Assembly: GCA_003252385.1 (NCBI GenBank)
Contig: QKEH01000139.1
Coordinates: forward strand, 22,598-86,597
Length of the DNA: 64,000 bases
DNA from: Bacteroidota bacterium
Lineage (GTDB): Bacteria > Bacteroidota > Bacteroidia > Bacteroidales > UBA10428
Reading direction: 5' to 3'
The notes beneath the pieces are model-generated. The model was not told the DNA's origin, did no database searches, and saw only the letters and a list, made by a program, of their open reading frames with translations. Below, piece by piece: positions 8,527 through 19,463 of this stretch; within the stretch, counting starts at the first letter, position 1, and every line of letters begins with the position of its first letter. Position numbers and translations under genes: made by a program.

Positions 8527-11004
8527 TTAGAAGGTTAATTGCAACGTGGCACGCAAACCAAAGGTCTGGATGTTGGGATGATCCAAATACGACAATCGCC
8601 ACATGGCATCTACCCGTATCAGATTAAACAGGTTTTCGAAACCGATACCCGCTTCGTAGTAAGGTTTGCTGAGTCCGGAAAGCCCCAACGGGAAGTCCAT
8701 CACGTTACGATTCTTATCGGACAGGCTACCCACCAATCCCTTTACGGTTACCACCTCGCGCAGCTTCAGCCAACGTAAAAAGGGAATCCGGTTAAAGAAA
8801 AAACCCTGCATATGTTGTTCAGCAGCCAGCATAGCATAGCGGTCGCTCACAAACTCGTAGTAATTCATCATGTTGAAAGACTGAGGATCGTAGGCATAGG
8901 TTTCGTTCCCATCGTGTAGTTCCAGTAAGGGATAAGGCAGGGTACCAAACACCTGGCCGCCTATCAACTTGTATTTAAAATAGCCAAACGGATTGGTCTC
9001 AATTTTATCCGAAATCTGGGTGCGCAGCCGAAAGTATTCGTAATCACTTCCCAAGAAACCCTTTGGCCCATAGGTAAAGTCAACGTCAAGAATAGGAAAA
9101 TTCGACCCCACACTAATCCGTTCAAAAAAAGCCGTTAAAAACTTCTCCCGGTAGCCATAATGCAAATTCAATGTAATTTCGGACGAGGTCAATGGTCCCT
9201 GATCCATATCCTGAATCTGAAAAGGAACGTATCCGGTTGGATAGATCACCTGATGGCGAAGGGTCAACGTGTTGGAAAAACCCTGGTACCACTCTCGCAT
9301 AAATTCCAAATTCACCTGGTCTACCAGAGTTAACTTGTAATTGGGGTTCCTCCGAAGCAGGGTGGTCATAATGTTATCGTCCAGAAAGGCATTGGCACTT
9401 TTTCCCAATTGCCGCACATCGTGATAATACGACCCCATAAACATAATCCGAGGGTTGGTATTAAACATATACTCCATGGTTCCACCGTACTTCACCTTCT
9501 GATCCAAACTACCGTATGCCACGTGCCCGCCCAAACGAACCACCTTACTGAAATTAGGGTTGGTTCGCCCTCCCAGCCGTATGCGATGCCCTTCAATGGG
9601 ATTATGACTATACGTGGTATAGTAGGGGCCATACTCCACAGGACCGAACTCGTAGTAATATTCCGTCAGCATCTGTATCACGCTGTGTATCCGTTCAAAT
9701 GCCGGCATTTTTACCACCGAGTCTACCATGGAATAAATATTCTGCTCCTCCTCATCGAGTTCCACGGTACGGTTTGCTACCCAATAGGCTTCATCCTTAT
9801 CCAGGTTGGACGGATCTATGTAGGTATCGGTATGCATAGTTTCAATGCTGTCAGGAATGGGCACATCCAACTGAATGTTGCTGTACACCGAAGTTTTTCG
9901 CCCAAAAAAACCGGTACCCTTATCGGTCAGGTAAAAATCCAGTAGTAAATCCTCGCGCGACAGGAACCAGGTAGTATCGTTTACCCGTTGGTATTCGTTC
10001 ACCGCCATCAAATCGTTCAGGTAATTGATGTTGACATCGGGCGATACCCGCAACTGTATTTTTTTGATAGCAAAAGAGGTGTCGGCTACCCAAAAATAGC
10101 CATAGAAGGTACGTTCCAGCTTGCGCTTGGGCTTGAAATTGATCTTGAAACACCACGTGTCATCAATCATGGCGCTGTCTTCGAGCTGGTATTTGTAATA
10201 GGCACGGCCAAAATCGGCGATGGGGCTCACAAAACCCGGCTCAAAGAGGGTCATAAAATCATCGTAGATGTTGAGTTGTGCATACATCTTACCCGAAAAC
10301 TGCGAAATGGTATTGTTCTGCACCCCGCTGATCCGGAACGCATCGATCACCTCCCGTTCCAGTTTCGGGTTCTTCCGATAGTAGTAATGCGCCTTGCTTT
10401 CCGACATGAGTATGGGCAGGTAGTTTTTTCCAAATACCTCTGAGCTGTCCATGTTCTCAAAAATAAACTGGAAATTACGTACAAACATCTTATCCTTAAA
10501 GTCGTGTTTCACATTGTTCATATCGAGCCGAAGTTTGTTGTACGAATCGTACCGGTACGATGAAAAACGATTGGGATTATTCTGCTTTTTATGCGCTGAA
10601 ATATTACGCAATACGGCAAATGCCGGATTTTCGCCCGGGGTAACCACCACTTCTTCCAACATCAGGCTGGATGCCTTCAAATCGAAACGAACCTGTTGTT
10701 TGGTATGTTGAATGATGGCCATTTTCCCAGAGTTGTATCCCATACACGATGCCATAAGTGTATCGCTGGCCTGAAGAGTTTCCAGATAAAAGAATCCCTC
10801 AAAATCGGTTATGGTACCCGAGGTAAGCCCCTTGTATGTGACGTTTGCAAAAGGAATGGGTTCGCCAGTTTCGGCATCGTACACTCCTCCGTGCACCATG
10901 GTTTTTTGAGCATGTCCCCTGCCCGCTTGAACCAGTAACAGCACAAGGAGCCATAAAAAGCGAACTGAAAAAAGATTCATAAACCCAACCATTTTTGAAA
11001 ACAT
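8527..11004 (-). CDS. CarboxypepD_reg-like domain plus DUF5686-type outer-membrane protein
   Basis: Signal peptide (LWLLVLLLVQAGRGHAQ), then GGVYDAETGEPIPFANV...TDFEGFFYLE (carboxypeptidase-regulatory-like fold), then a long Tyr/Gly-rich beta-barrel-like C-terminus ending in ...TLQLTF. The start may instead be the ATG at 10980. Confidence 0.7.
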   Translation of the reverse strand: MFSKMVGFMNLFSVRFLWLLVLLLVQAGRGHAQKTMVHGGVYDAETGEPIPFANVTYKGLTSGTITDFEGFFYLETLQASDTLMASCMGYNSGKMAIIQHTKQQVRFDLKASSLMLEEVVVTPGENPAFAVLRNISAHKKQNNPNRFSSYRYDSYNKLRLDMNNVKHDFKDKMFVRNFQFIFENMDSSEVFGKNYLPILMSESKAHYYYRKNPKLEREVIDAFRISGVQNNTISQFSGKMYAQLNIYDDFMTLFEPGFVSPIADFGRAYYKYQLEDSAMIDDTWCFKINFKPKRKLERTFYGYFWVADTSFAIKKIQLRVSPDVNINYLNDLMAVNEYQRVNDTTWFLSREDLLLDFYLTDKGTGFFGRKTSVYSNIQLDVPIPDSIETMHTDTYIDPSNLDKDEAYWVANRTVELDEEEQNIYSMVDSVVKMPAFERIHSVIQMLTEYYYEFGPVEYGPYYTTYSHNPIEGHRIRLGGRTNPNFSKVVRLGGHVAYGSLDQKVKYGGTMEYMFNTNPRIMFMGSYYHDVRQLGKSANAFLDDNIMTTLLRRNPNYKLTLVDQVNLEFMREWYQGFSNTLTLRHQVIYPTGYVPFQIQDMDQGPLTSSEITLNLHYGYREKFLTAFFERISVGSNFPILDVDFTYGPKGFLGSDYEYFRLRTQISDKIETNPFGYFKYKLIGGQVFGTLPYPLLELHDGNETYAYDPQSFNMMNYYEFVSDRYAMLAAEQHMQGFFFNRIPFLRWLKLREVVTVKGLVGSLSDKNRNVMDFPLGLSGLSKPYYEAGIGFENLFNLIRVDAMWRLSYLDHPNIQTFGLRATLQLTF

Positions 11005-11018
11005 AGGCCATTACTCTG

Positions 11019-11843
11019 TTACTCCGTGAGGGTTTGTTCCTCCCGTGCCACAATCCTGCGGGCTATCCAAATACTCACTTCGTATAACACCAGCAAAGGT
11101 AAGCATACCAGAATCTGGCTAAAAACATCCGGCGGAGTGATAATCGCTGCAACAATGAGCATAACCACAACAGCATGTTTTCGGTATTTTCGTAAAAATT
11201 CCGGGGTCAACAAACCAATCCGGGTTAAAAACATGACAATCACCGGCAATTCAAAAACCACCCCAGATGCCAGGCATATACCGGCAATCAGCGAAACGTA
11301 CGACATTAGCTGAATGTCGTTCCTGGCCAACTCCGAAACCTGATAATTGTATAAAAAATTAATGGATAGAGGACATATTATATAATACCCAAAGGCCACC
11401 CCAATAAAAAACAACAGGGAAATAGCTCCCACCGCACCCCGCGCTACCCGGCGTTCGCTCGTATACAATGCCGGACGAACAAAACGCCACAGTTCGTAAA
11501 AAACATAGGGGAATGCCAGTATCAGACCACCAATTAGCGAGATTTTAAAGTGCGCCATAAATTGTCCTGCCATCTGGATACTCTGCAATTGTATGGGTTT
11601 CTGATTAATGCAAAGCACGTTGCTGTGCACAAACGATTCCATTCCCAGGCGGCACAACCACCTGCAGGTAATAAAATCGGCCTTGCTGGGGCCAAGCAAT
11701 ACGGTGTCGAAAACAAAGTGTTTGAATACAAAACCCAGCACCGAAAAAACCACAATGGCCACGGCCGAGCGCACCAAATGCCACCGAAGCTCTTCGAGAT
11801 GCTCCAGGAACGACATTTCGTTATGTGAAGATGTACTGCTCAT
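11019..11843 (-). CDS. tatC: Twin-arginine translocase subunit TatC
   Basis: MSFLEHLEELRWHLVRS is the typical TatC N-terminus, followed by six hydrophobic segments and PPDVFSQ. I preferred the start at M22 of the track ORF (MSSTSSHNEMSFLEHL). Confidence 0.85.
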   Translation of the reverse strand: MSSTSSHNEMSFLEHLEELRWHLVRSAVAIVVFSVLGFVFKHFVFDTVLLGPSKADFITCRWLCRLGMESFVHSNVLCINQKPIQLQSIQMAGQFMAHFKISLIGGLILAFPYVFYELWRFVRPALYTSERRVARGAVGAISLLFFIGVAFGYYIICPLSINFLYNYQVSELARNDIQLMSYVSLIAGICLASGVVFELPVIVMFLTRIGLLTPEFLRKYRKHAVVVMLIVAAIITPPDVFSQILVCLPLLVLYEVSIWIARRIVAREEQTLTE

Positions 11844-12157
11844 ACCGTACGGCAAACATACGCAAGCTTCTGAAACTTTTCTTGAAAAAAAACAGCATCT
11901 TATCAACTTTCACTGGCGGGTATCACACCCTCCCACCCGATAGTTTACCCGGAATCCATATCAAAAAAAAGCGTATATTTAGGCTGTAAAATATCCGCCC
12001 CCTAACCGAAATATTGCATCCTGATTCCGTGAGGTTGTCAAAAAAACTTAGTATTTTTAAGGTAACACCGAACAACAACCCAAAGAAATGGCGCAGCTCG
12101 CGTTTGTTTTAACGAAAGCATGGAGCAATATACCCGATAATACAAGGAATTACTAAA

Positions 12158-14353
12158 ATGAATGCAGTAGCAGATATGGATTTGATTAGTGTCCTCAGGA
12201 AACACTTCGGATTCACCAGTTTTAAGGGCAATCAGGAGTTGGTCATCCGGAATATCTTGTCCGGTCGGGATACTTTCGTGCTAATGCCTACCGGTGGAGG
12301 GAAATCCTTGTGCTACCAATTGCCCTCCATCGTACTGGAAGGAACCGCCATAGTTATCTCTCCCCTGATTGCGCTGATGAAAAACCAGGTAGATGCCATG
12401 CGTAGTTTCAGTGAAGACGACGGGGTGGCTCACTACCTGAATTCGTCGCTGGTAAAGAGTCAGGTGAACCAGGTTAAAACCGATGTTATCGACGGCAAAA
12501 CCAAGCTGCTTTATGTGGCGCCGGAATCGCTTACCAAAGAAGAAAACATTGCCTTTCTGCAACAAATAAAAATTTCGTTCTATGCCGTTGATGAAGCCCA
12601 TTGCATTTCGGAATGGGGACACGACTTTCGTCCTGAATACCGCCGCATACGCCCAATCATCAACGAAATAGGAAAAGCCCCAATCATTGCCCTTACCGCC
12701 ACCGCTACACCCAAAGTACAACACGACATCCAGAAAAACCTCGAAATGCTGGATGCCAATGTGTTCAAATCGTCCTTCCGCCGCGAGAACCTGTACTACG
12801 AAATTCGACCTAAGAAAAACGCCGTAAAGGAAATCATCAAATACATTAAAAGCAATCCCGGAAAATCCGGAATCATCTATTGCCTGAGCCGGAAAAAGGT
12901 GGAAGAACTGGCCGAAACCCTCAAGGTAAACGGTATTAAATCGCTCCCCTATCATGCCGGCATGGATGCTACCACCCGAGCAACCAATCAGGACAAGTTC
13001 CTGATGGAAGAAGTAGACATTATAGTGGCAACCATAGCATTTGGCATGGGCATTGACAAACCCGACGTGCGTTTTGTGATGCATTACGATATTCCCAAAA
13101 GCCTGGAAGGCTACTACCAGGAAACCGGACGCGCCGGCCGAGATGGCGGTGAAGGCAAATGCATTGCGTTTTACGCGTATAAAGACATTCAGAAACTCGA
13201 AAAATTCATGCAGGGTAAGCCTGTTGCCGAACAGGAAATTGGCAAACAGCTCCTGCTCGAAACCGTCTCGTATGTCGAATCGTCGGTATGCCGCCCCAGG
13301 TTGTTACTCAACTATTTCGGCGAAGAAATGAAGGGACGGTGCAACAACTGCGACAACTGCCTGAACCCTAAAAAACAATTCGAAGGTAAAAACGATGTAG
13401 TATTGGTACTACAAACCGTGCTGGAGGTCAAGGAGAAATTCAAGGCGGATCACATTGCGAATATTCTCACCGGCACCCTCTCCCAGGCAATAAAATCGTA
13501 CCGACACGATGAGCTGGAATTCTTCGGAGCAGGTAACGAACACGATATTAAACACTGGAATGCAGTAATCCGGCAGGCACTCATTGCCCGGTTTCTTTCC
13601 AAGGAGATCGAAAACTACGGCCTCCTAAAAGTAGAAGCCAAAGGAAAAAAATATCTTGAGCAGCCCGTTTCGTTCATGATCTCTGAAGATCACGAATACC
13701 CCGATACCGACGATGACGATTTATTGATCAGTGAAGGCCAGGGAGGTGGTGCTGCAGCGGATGAAGAACTCTTTATGATCCTGAAGGATCTGCGTCGAAA
13801 AGTTTCCAAACAGAAAAAGGTTCCTCCTTTTGTAATTTTCCAGGATCCATCTCTCGAAGACATGGCCATACAATACCCCACCACCCTGGATGAACTCCAG
13901 AACATCAGCGGGGTGGGTGCAGGAAAAGCCAGCCGGTACGGAAAAGAATTCATCGAAGTCATTAAGCGCTACGTCGATGAGAAAGAGATTGAGCGCCCCC
14001 AGGATATGGTGGTGAAGTCGGTTGTAAACAAATCCGGACTGAAGGTATACATCATCCAGAGTATCGACCGAAAATTACCGCTTACCGATATTGCAGACGC
14101 CAAAGGACTGGAAATGACTCAGCTGCTCGACGAACTCGAAGCGGTTGTGAATTCCGGAACCCGAATCAATATCGATTACTACCTTGACGACGTTATTGAC
14201 GAAGAACACCAGGAAGAAATCTTCGAATACTTCCGGGAAGAATCGGAAAGCGGCTCACTCGATGAAGCCCTTAAAGAACTGGGAGAAGACGAATACAGTG
14301 AGGAAGAAATCCGACTGGTACGTTTAAAATTTTTATCGGAACTTGGAAATTAG
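12158..14353 (+). CDS. recQ: ATP-dependent DNA helicase RecQ
   Basis: FGFTSFKGNQELVI, MPTGGGKSLCYQLP (motif I), DEAHCISEWGHDFRPEY (DEAH), ALTATAT, the zinc-binding CRxxxLLxYFGE...CxxCDNC and an HRDC-like region (PPFVIFQDPSLEDMA). Confidence 0.95.
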   Translation: MNAVADMDLISVLRKHFGFTSFKGNQELVIRNILSGRDTFVLMPTGGGKSLCYQLPSIVLEGTAIVISPLIALMKNQVDAMRSFSEDDGVAHYLNSSLVKSQVNQVKTDVIDGKTKLLYVAPESLTKEENIAFLQQIKISFYAVDEAHCISEWGHDFRPEYRRIRPIINEIGKAPIIALTATATPKVQHDIQKNLEMLDANVFKSSFRRENLYYEIRPKKNAVKEIIKYIKSNPGKSGIIYCLSRKKVEELAETLKVNGIKSLPYHAGMDATTRATNQDKFLMEEVDIIVATIAFGMGIDKPDVRFVMHYDIPKSLEGYYQETGRAGRDGGEGKCIAFYAYKDIQKLEKFMQGKPVAEQEIGKQLLLETVSYVESSVCRPRLLLNYFGEEMKGRCNNCDNCLNPKKQFEGKNDVVLVLQTVLEVKEKFKADHIANILTGTLSQAIKSYRHDELEFFGAGNEHDIKHWNAVIRQALIARFLSKEIENYGLLKVEAKGKKYLEQPVSFMISEDHEYPDTDDDDLLISEGQGGGAAADEELFMILKDLRRKVSKQKKVPPFVIFQDPSLEDMAIQYPTTLDELQNISGVGAGKASRYGKEFIEVIKRYVDEKEIERPQDMVVKSVVNKSGLKVYIIQSIDRKLPLTDIADAKGLEMTQLLDELEAVVNSGTRINIDYYLDDVIDEEHQEEIFEYFREESESGSLDEALKELGEDEYSEEEIRLVRLKFLSELGN

Positions 14354-14401
14354 TTACTTATAAAAATTGTACCTTTCCACACACCTTAAAAGTAAACTAC
14401 C

Positions 14402-15415
14402 ATGAAACGTGTAAAGAAACTTGCCTTAGCAATCGTTGTTACCAATAGTTTGCTGTGTGCAGCTCAGCCCAGCCTGACTTACGAAACGCATGCTTTACTG
14501 CCCGGCGAAGACAATCCGATGTCGATATGCAATTATGCCAACCCGGGTATGAGTGGCGCGAACATGACGTGGAATTTTTCCGATCTGCAGTTCGAAAAAT
14601 CATTCACCGGCTATCTGGCCACCTATACCGATCAAACCATTCATTCGTGTAATACCGTACTTACCGAGTTCAATTCCCTTTTCTACTTCGACGTTACCCC
14701 ACAGGGCATTACGCAATACGGATATGCATCGGACGATGGCAAACTGGTAACCGAATACGATGTTCCATTTGAAAAAATAAAATATCCATTTTCCTATGGC
14801 GATCAATACAGCGGATCGTTTTCAGCAACTACCAGCTACCAGGGCACTCCGCAAAGCGAACTTAATGGAACCTATTCGGTTGAAGCCGATGGCTATGGCA
14901 AGCTGATACTTCCAGGAAACATAAGTTACGATAATACGCTACGCGTTGCAACCACGCGAAACTACACCAGTACCTCTGGAAGTACCACCAGCGACATTGA
15001 ACTCACCACCTACCGCTGGTATAATAATTCGCATCGCTATCCCCTTTTGGTACTAACCGAATACAAGGTAACCACCGCAGGAAACACCAACATTACTTAC
15101 CAATCGGCTTATAACAACAATGCCGTGCAAAATCTATCTCCCGTGCAGGCGGGCAGCCTGTCGGTTTTTCCAAACCCGGCCTCTTCCAGCTTGAACCTGA
15201 GTTATACCGCCATTGCCGCCGGTACCTTGCATTGCTCTATTATTGACCCTTCCGGAAGGGTGGTTCGTCAGTTCGATCTGGAGGTGAACACTTCAGGCAG
15301 ACAAGCTATCGACCTGAGCCAACACATTACCGGGCTGAGAGCTGCAAACTATCAACTTCGTATGGAAAGTGGTAAGGAGGTATTTGAACAATCGTTTGTA
15401 AAGGTAGATAACTAA
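14402..15415 (+). CDS. Secreted protein with T9SS type-A C-terminal sorting domain
   Basis: Signal peptide, then a C-terminal ~80 aa region (LSVFPNPASSSLNLSY...YQLRMESGKEVFEQSFVKV) that matches the Por/T9SS CTD pattern. Confidence 0.7.
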   Translation: MKRVKKLALAIVVTNSLLCAAQPSLTYETHALLPGEDNPMSICNYANPGMSGANMTWNFSDLQFEKSFTGYLATYTDQTIHSCNTVLTEFNSLFYFDVTPQGITQYGYASDDGKLVTEYDVPFEKIKYPFSYGDQYSGSFSATTSYQGTPQSELNGTYSVEADGYGKLILPGNISYDNTLRVATTRNYTSTSGSTTSDIELTTYRWYNNSHRYPLLVLTEYKVTTAGNTNITYQSAYNNNAVQNLSPVQAGSLSVFPNPASSSLNLSYTAIAAGTLHCSIIDPSGRVVRQFDLEVNTSGRQAIDLSQHITGLRAANYQLRMESGKEVFEQSFVKVDN

Positions 15416-16563
15416 TCGAATTGTCGTCCCTTCCACTGGTAACGCCCGGCAACTGCTGTTCCGGCTGCTACAACCACATAAAGCGGATACAGACTGGCAA
15501 AAAAAGGCAACATCCAGAAGGGAATCCTCTTTGAAAAGAACCAACGGCCGGCATCCACAAAAAGGATGTCGGCCGTAATTTTTATGCCCAACAACAAGCC
15601 CATTGTGCCTGCCGGAAGTAACCCGAAACAGGTCACACCCACCGCTGCGAGCAGGCCGGTGTTGCCCGCCAAAACTGTCCAGGTCAGGATCAGGCTGTCT
15701 CTGTCAGTGTAGTAGCGGGCTTTTGCCCCCCATCGTATCCGTTGGTTTAAAAACTCGTTTACAGTTTGCGGAGCAGCGGTTTGGACCATGCCTTCCGAAT
15801 GATATAAGACGGCAATTCCCTTCGGAAATTTTCCTTTTATGGCATGCAGCAGAAATACATCATCGCCACTGGGCAGCTCGTGTTTTAATGCCAGGTGCTC
15901 CTCTAAATACACCGAACGACGAACCGCCAGATTGGCTCCATTGCAAAGTGTGGCATGCCCCAGCCGGGCACTGGCTGCTCCTGCCATAACCAACGCTCTG
16001 AAATCGATTCGGAAAAAGTGCCCGGCCAGCTTCTCCGGATATTCATAATCGACCAAGCCTATGCTCAATTGAAGTCTGTCGTCCGTAAACATTTCAACTT
16101 GCCTTTTAACCCACAGTGTGCCAAACCAACAATCGGCATCGGTAAAAAGCAGGATCTCGTTCTTAGCCAGCCTGGCACCATAAAGCAAAGCTTGTTTTTT
16201 CCCACCGACTGCCTGGGGAAGACGCAATACCCGAAGGGCATGTGGTAAATACCCCTGAACGCGCTTATGTTCCTGCACCAGACGATCGGAGTGATCGTCC
16301 ACCAGAATAATTTCCATCCGATCGGCGGGAAAATCCTGCACTGCCAGGCACGATAACAGCCGAAAAAGGTTCGCCTCTTCGTTGCGCACGGCCACCACTA
16401 CTGATACGGAACCTGCCGGGGCACCTGCACAGATGCTGGTTTTACCGAGCAAATACCACCCCCAACGCAGCCATACAAACACGGCAGCATAACAAACGAT
16501 AGCAGTAAAAAGCAGAAAAGTAAGCCATTGTGAAACAGGGAATCCTAATGCGCCTGTAACCAT
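15412..16563 (-). CDS. Membrane-integrated family 2 glycosyltransferase, processive-synthase-like
   Basis: N-terminal TM segment, the acidic motifs VDDHSD, TDADC and GDDV, a QRIRW (QxxRW) motif, then C-terminal TM segments. Its start overlaps the 3' end of the upstream kinase by 19 nt. Confidence 0.75.
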   Translation of the reverse strand: MVTGALGFPVSQWLTFLLFTAIVCYAAVFVWLRWGWYLLGKTSICAGAPAGSVSVVVAVRNEEANLFRLLSCLAVQDFPADRMEIILVDDHSDRLVQEHKRVQGYLPHALRVLRLPQAVGGKKQALLYGARLAKNEILLFTDADCWFGTLWVKRQVEMFTDDRLQLSIGLVDYEYPEKLAGHFFRIDFRALVMAGAASARLGHATLCNGANLAVRRSVYLEEHLALKHELPSGDDVFLLHAIKGKFPKGIAVLYHSEGMVQTAAPQTVNEFLNQRIRWGAKARYYTDRDSLILTWTVLAGNTGLLAAVGVTCFGLLPAGTMGLLLGIKITADILFVDAGRWFFSKRIPFWMLPFFASLYPLYVVVAAGTAVAGRYQWKGRQFD

Positions 16564-19403
16564 TGGTCTATCTTAATAAACAATTCCGATATGTTGATGG
16601 GCTTGGTAACAAAATCGTCGAACCCCGCTTCAAAGCATCGCTGGCGTTCCTCCGATATCGCATTGGCGGTTTGTGCAATAATGGGCACCTTGCGAAACTG
16701 CTTAATCGCCTGAGTGGCTTCCATTCCATTCATTTCGGGCATTTGAACATCCATCAGGATCAGGTCAATATCTTCCCGTTCCCTGGCTAATTCCACTGCC
16801 CTGGCACCATCGGGGGCATGAATGACTTCTGCATTCGTTTTCTTCAGAAATCCCTCGAGTAATTTGTAGCTGAAAGTATCATCCTCGGCCACCAGAAAAA
16901 GCTTACCTTCCCAGTTGTAGTCGGATCGGGGTCTCTTTCTATCGCTTTCTTCAGCACTCTTCAGTTTAGAGGGCACATAGGGTATGGTGAAGAAGAATGT
17001 AGATCCTGCGTTCACTTTCGACTCCACCCACATGGTTCCCCCCAACAGCTCCACAAAACCTTTAGAAATGGCAAGCCCCAAACCGGAGCCACTGTACTTC
17101 CTCGAGCGCGAATAATCCGCCTGAACAAAACGTTCAAAAATTTTATCGATCTTATCTTCTTCAATACCTATACCCGTGTCCTTAACATAAAACTCCAACA
17201 TGTCTTCCTGTGACAACCGATACCCAAACTCAATATACCCTTCCTTGGTAAATTTCATAGCATTCCCAACCAGGTTAATAATAACTTGTCGCAAACGGTT
17301 CGGATCGGTTTGAATGTAACATTTATCGTTACTAAACGCTTTACTCACCCGAAGCTGCACCCCGCTTTTATCTTTCAGAAAGCTGTTGGTCATGAATGAA
17401 GTATGCACCTGGGTAAGAAGGGCATTCAACGAAAACTCCTGCTGCAGAATTTTAATCTGTCCGGCTTCGATTTTTGAGAAATCAATGATGTCATCAATAA
17501 GATTCATCAGGATCTTGCCATTGTTGTTGATAATTTCAACATATTTTCTCCGATTACCCTCTCCCAACTGATCGTCATTCAACATTTCGGCAAAACCTAA
17601 AATGCCGTTCATTGGCGTACGTATCTCGTGCGACATATTGGTGAGAAAGGCCGTTTTTAGCTTGTCCGATTCCTCGGCCTTGTCGCGTGCCTGTACGAGT
17701 TCGTATTCCAACTGGCTCCGCTGCAATGCCACCGAAATCTGATGGACAAAAGTTTCGATGATATGTTTGAATTTGACAATGGTTTTGTTCAGCGTAAGTA
17801 TAATGATGTTGCCTAACAGCTTATTATCGCGAGCCATGGCAATGTGGTAGACTTTATTAACATGGATCTCTTCAATGATTCTTCCCAGGGCAGCACGGGT
17901 GAGAGGATCAAAGTTCAGATCTTCCGAAGGCCCATTATAAATAGTAATATTACCTGCATTCTCAATACTCTTCTCCGGTTGGTCAAGCTGGTACACCATT
18001 CCTATAGGTTCGTGCCCCAACACCGTATTAATGGCTTGCTGGTTGACAAACTTGCCATAGATGGCCTCTAACTGGCAGCTCTTTGTGGACTCGGTGTAAC
18101 TGGAAACCATAACCACTGCATCTTCAAGAAATTCGTACAGTTTATGGCAGATATAGCGGTAAATCTCATCGCGCCCCGACAAGCCGAGCAATTCCAAAGC
18201 CGAATTGCTCAAAAACACCAGGTTATCATGATACACCCGCTCCTTAAGTTCGGACATTTTACGATCCGAAATATCACGGGTATTCACTACAATTCCGCGT
18301 ATCGAAGGATTATTCAAATGGTTGGAAAAGATCGACTCCACATAAATCCATCGCTTGTTTTTATGCAAACTGCGATACTCCCGCTTAACCTGAGACATGG
18401 GCTCCAATAAAACCGCCTTAAGGGTTTCCCGGAATATGCCCTTGTCTTCGGGGTGAACCATTTCCTCGAAAGGTTTACCGATCAGTTCGTCGATTAGAAA
18501 ATCGGAAATCCGGTTGCGCAACGCACTCTCGAACATAATATTACCGGTTTTATCCAGTATGGTAATGGCATCGGAAGAGTACTGCAACAACGCTCTAAAA
18601 TGCTCCTCATTCTTGATGATGGTGTCTTCCATGGTTTTCCGGTCGGTAATATCGCGAGCGATACCGGTAATCCCTATCAATTCGTGTTCGTCGTTTACAA
18701 TTGGCGCCGTAAATGCTTCAATCCAGCAAGGATTGCTATCCACAATCCATTCGTCCTCAAAATACTTCCGCTTTCTCGCTATACGAACCGAAGAATCGTA
18801 TTTCTGAAACAAAGCACTGATCTGAGCGTCAAATAAGTCCTCATCCAATTTGCCTATAATATCGCAGTGATCCATGTTAAAGAACCCGGCAAATGGCTCA
18901 TTTACAGAGATGTAACGACCTTCCGCATCTTTCAGCCAGGCTAGGTACGGGATATTATCGAGTATCGCCTTTTGTTCTTGTCGGGTGTTCGAATTGCCAT
19001 TTTCCCCTGGCAACCATTCATTCCGGACACTAATTATGGTTAAATCAAACGAGCTTTGTCTTTTTTCGCCCTGAATCCGATTGCTTCGCAGAGTGACCTG
19101 GTATTTCTTGGCCGACGACTGCAGGGTACAGGTACACTCAAATTTACCAGAACTCCCCTGATACAGTGCCTTTCGGTCACTTTCCAAACGTTCCAGCGCT
19201 GCCGCTGAAATAGACCCTTGCAATGCTTTCGGAATATCTGTGCCGGTAGCTATCTTCACACCCAGCATGTCTTCAAAAGCCTTATTGTGGTAGACAATTT
19301 CCTTTTCGTTGGAAAGAACAAAGGCATCCAAAGCCTGGTCGGCTACTTTCCGTAATATGTCCCGATATGCTAACACACTGAAATGATTTGCGTTTGGAGT
19401 CAT
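16545..19403 (-). CDS. Multi-PAS hybrid sensor histidine kinase/response regulator
   Basis: Several PAS-like repeats (…DITDRK, …DISDRK boundaries), H-box SHEIRTPMNGILGF, G-box GSGLGLAISK and a C-terminal REC (LILMDVQMPEMNG, KPI). Confidence 0.85.
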   Translation of the reverse strand: MTPNANHFSVLAYRDILRKVADQALDAFVLSNEKEIVYHNKAFEDMLGVKIATGTDIPKALQGSISAAALERLESDRKALYQGSSGKFECTCTLQSSAKKYQVTLRSNRIQGEKRQSSFDLTIISVRNEWLPGENGNSNTRQEQKAILDNIPYLAWLKDAEGRYISVNEPFAGFFNMDHCDIIGKLDEDLFDAQISALFQKYDSSVRIARKRKYFEDEWIVDSNPCWIEAFTAPIVNDEHELIGITGIARDITDRKTMEDTIIKNEEHFRALLQYSSDAITILDKTGNIMFESALRNRISDFLIDELIGKPFEEMVHPEDKGIFRETLKAVLLEPMSQVKREYRSLHKNKRWIYVESIFSNHLNNPSIRGIVVNTRDISDRKMSELKERVYHDNLVFLSNSALELLGLSGRDEIYRYICHKLYEFLEDAVVMVSSYTESTKSCQLEAIYGKFVNQQAINTVLGHEPIGMVYQLDQPEKSIENAGNITIYNGPSEDLNFDPLTRAALGRIIEEIHVNKVYHIAMARDNKLLGNIIILTLNKTIVKFKHIIETFVHQISVALQRSQLEYELVQARDKAEESDKLKTAFLTNMSHEIRTPMNGILGFAEMLNDDQLGEGNRRKYVEIINNNGKILMNLIDDIIDFSKIEAGQIKILQQEFSLNALLTQVHTSFMTNSFLKDKSGVQLRVSKAFSNDKCYIQTDPNRLRQVIINLVGNAMKFTKEGYIEFGYRLSQEDMLEFYVKDTGIGIEEDKIDKIFERFVQADYSRSRKYSGSGLGLAISKGFVELLGGTMWVESKVNAGSTFFFTIPYVPSKLKSAEESDRKRPRSDYNWEGKLFLVAEDDTFSYKLLEGFLKKTNAEVIHAPDGARAVELAREREDIDLILMDVQMPEMNGMEATQAIKQFRKVPIIAQTANAISEERQRCFEAGFDDFVTKPINISELFIKIDQWLQAH

Positions 19404-19463
19404 GTAAAATCCTCTTGGTACAAATAGCTGGTCAAGGCTTTTAATAAACGTGCGGTTTGTCTG

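Noticed and set aside
12281-13084. 267-aa ORF antisense within recQ, plus similar long antisense ORFs at 4185-4955, 9409-9945, 24876-25358, 38663-39169, 53187-53744, 58710-59315 and 59866-60411
   Set aside because: Each lies wholly inside a confidently identified gene on the other strand and shows no domain signatures. I treated them as non-coding shadows.
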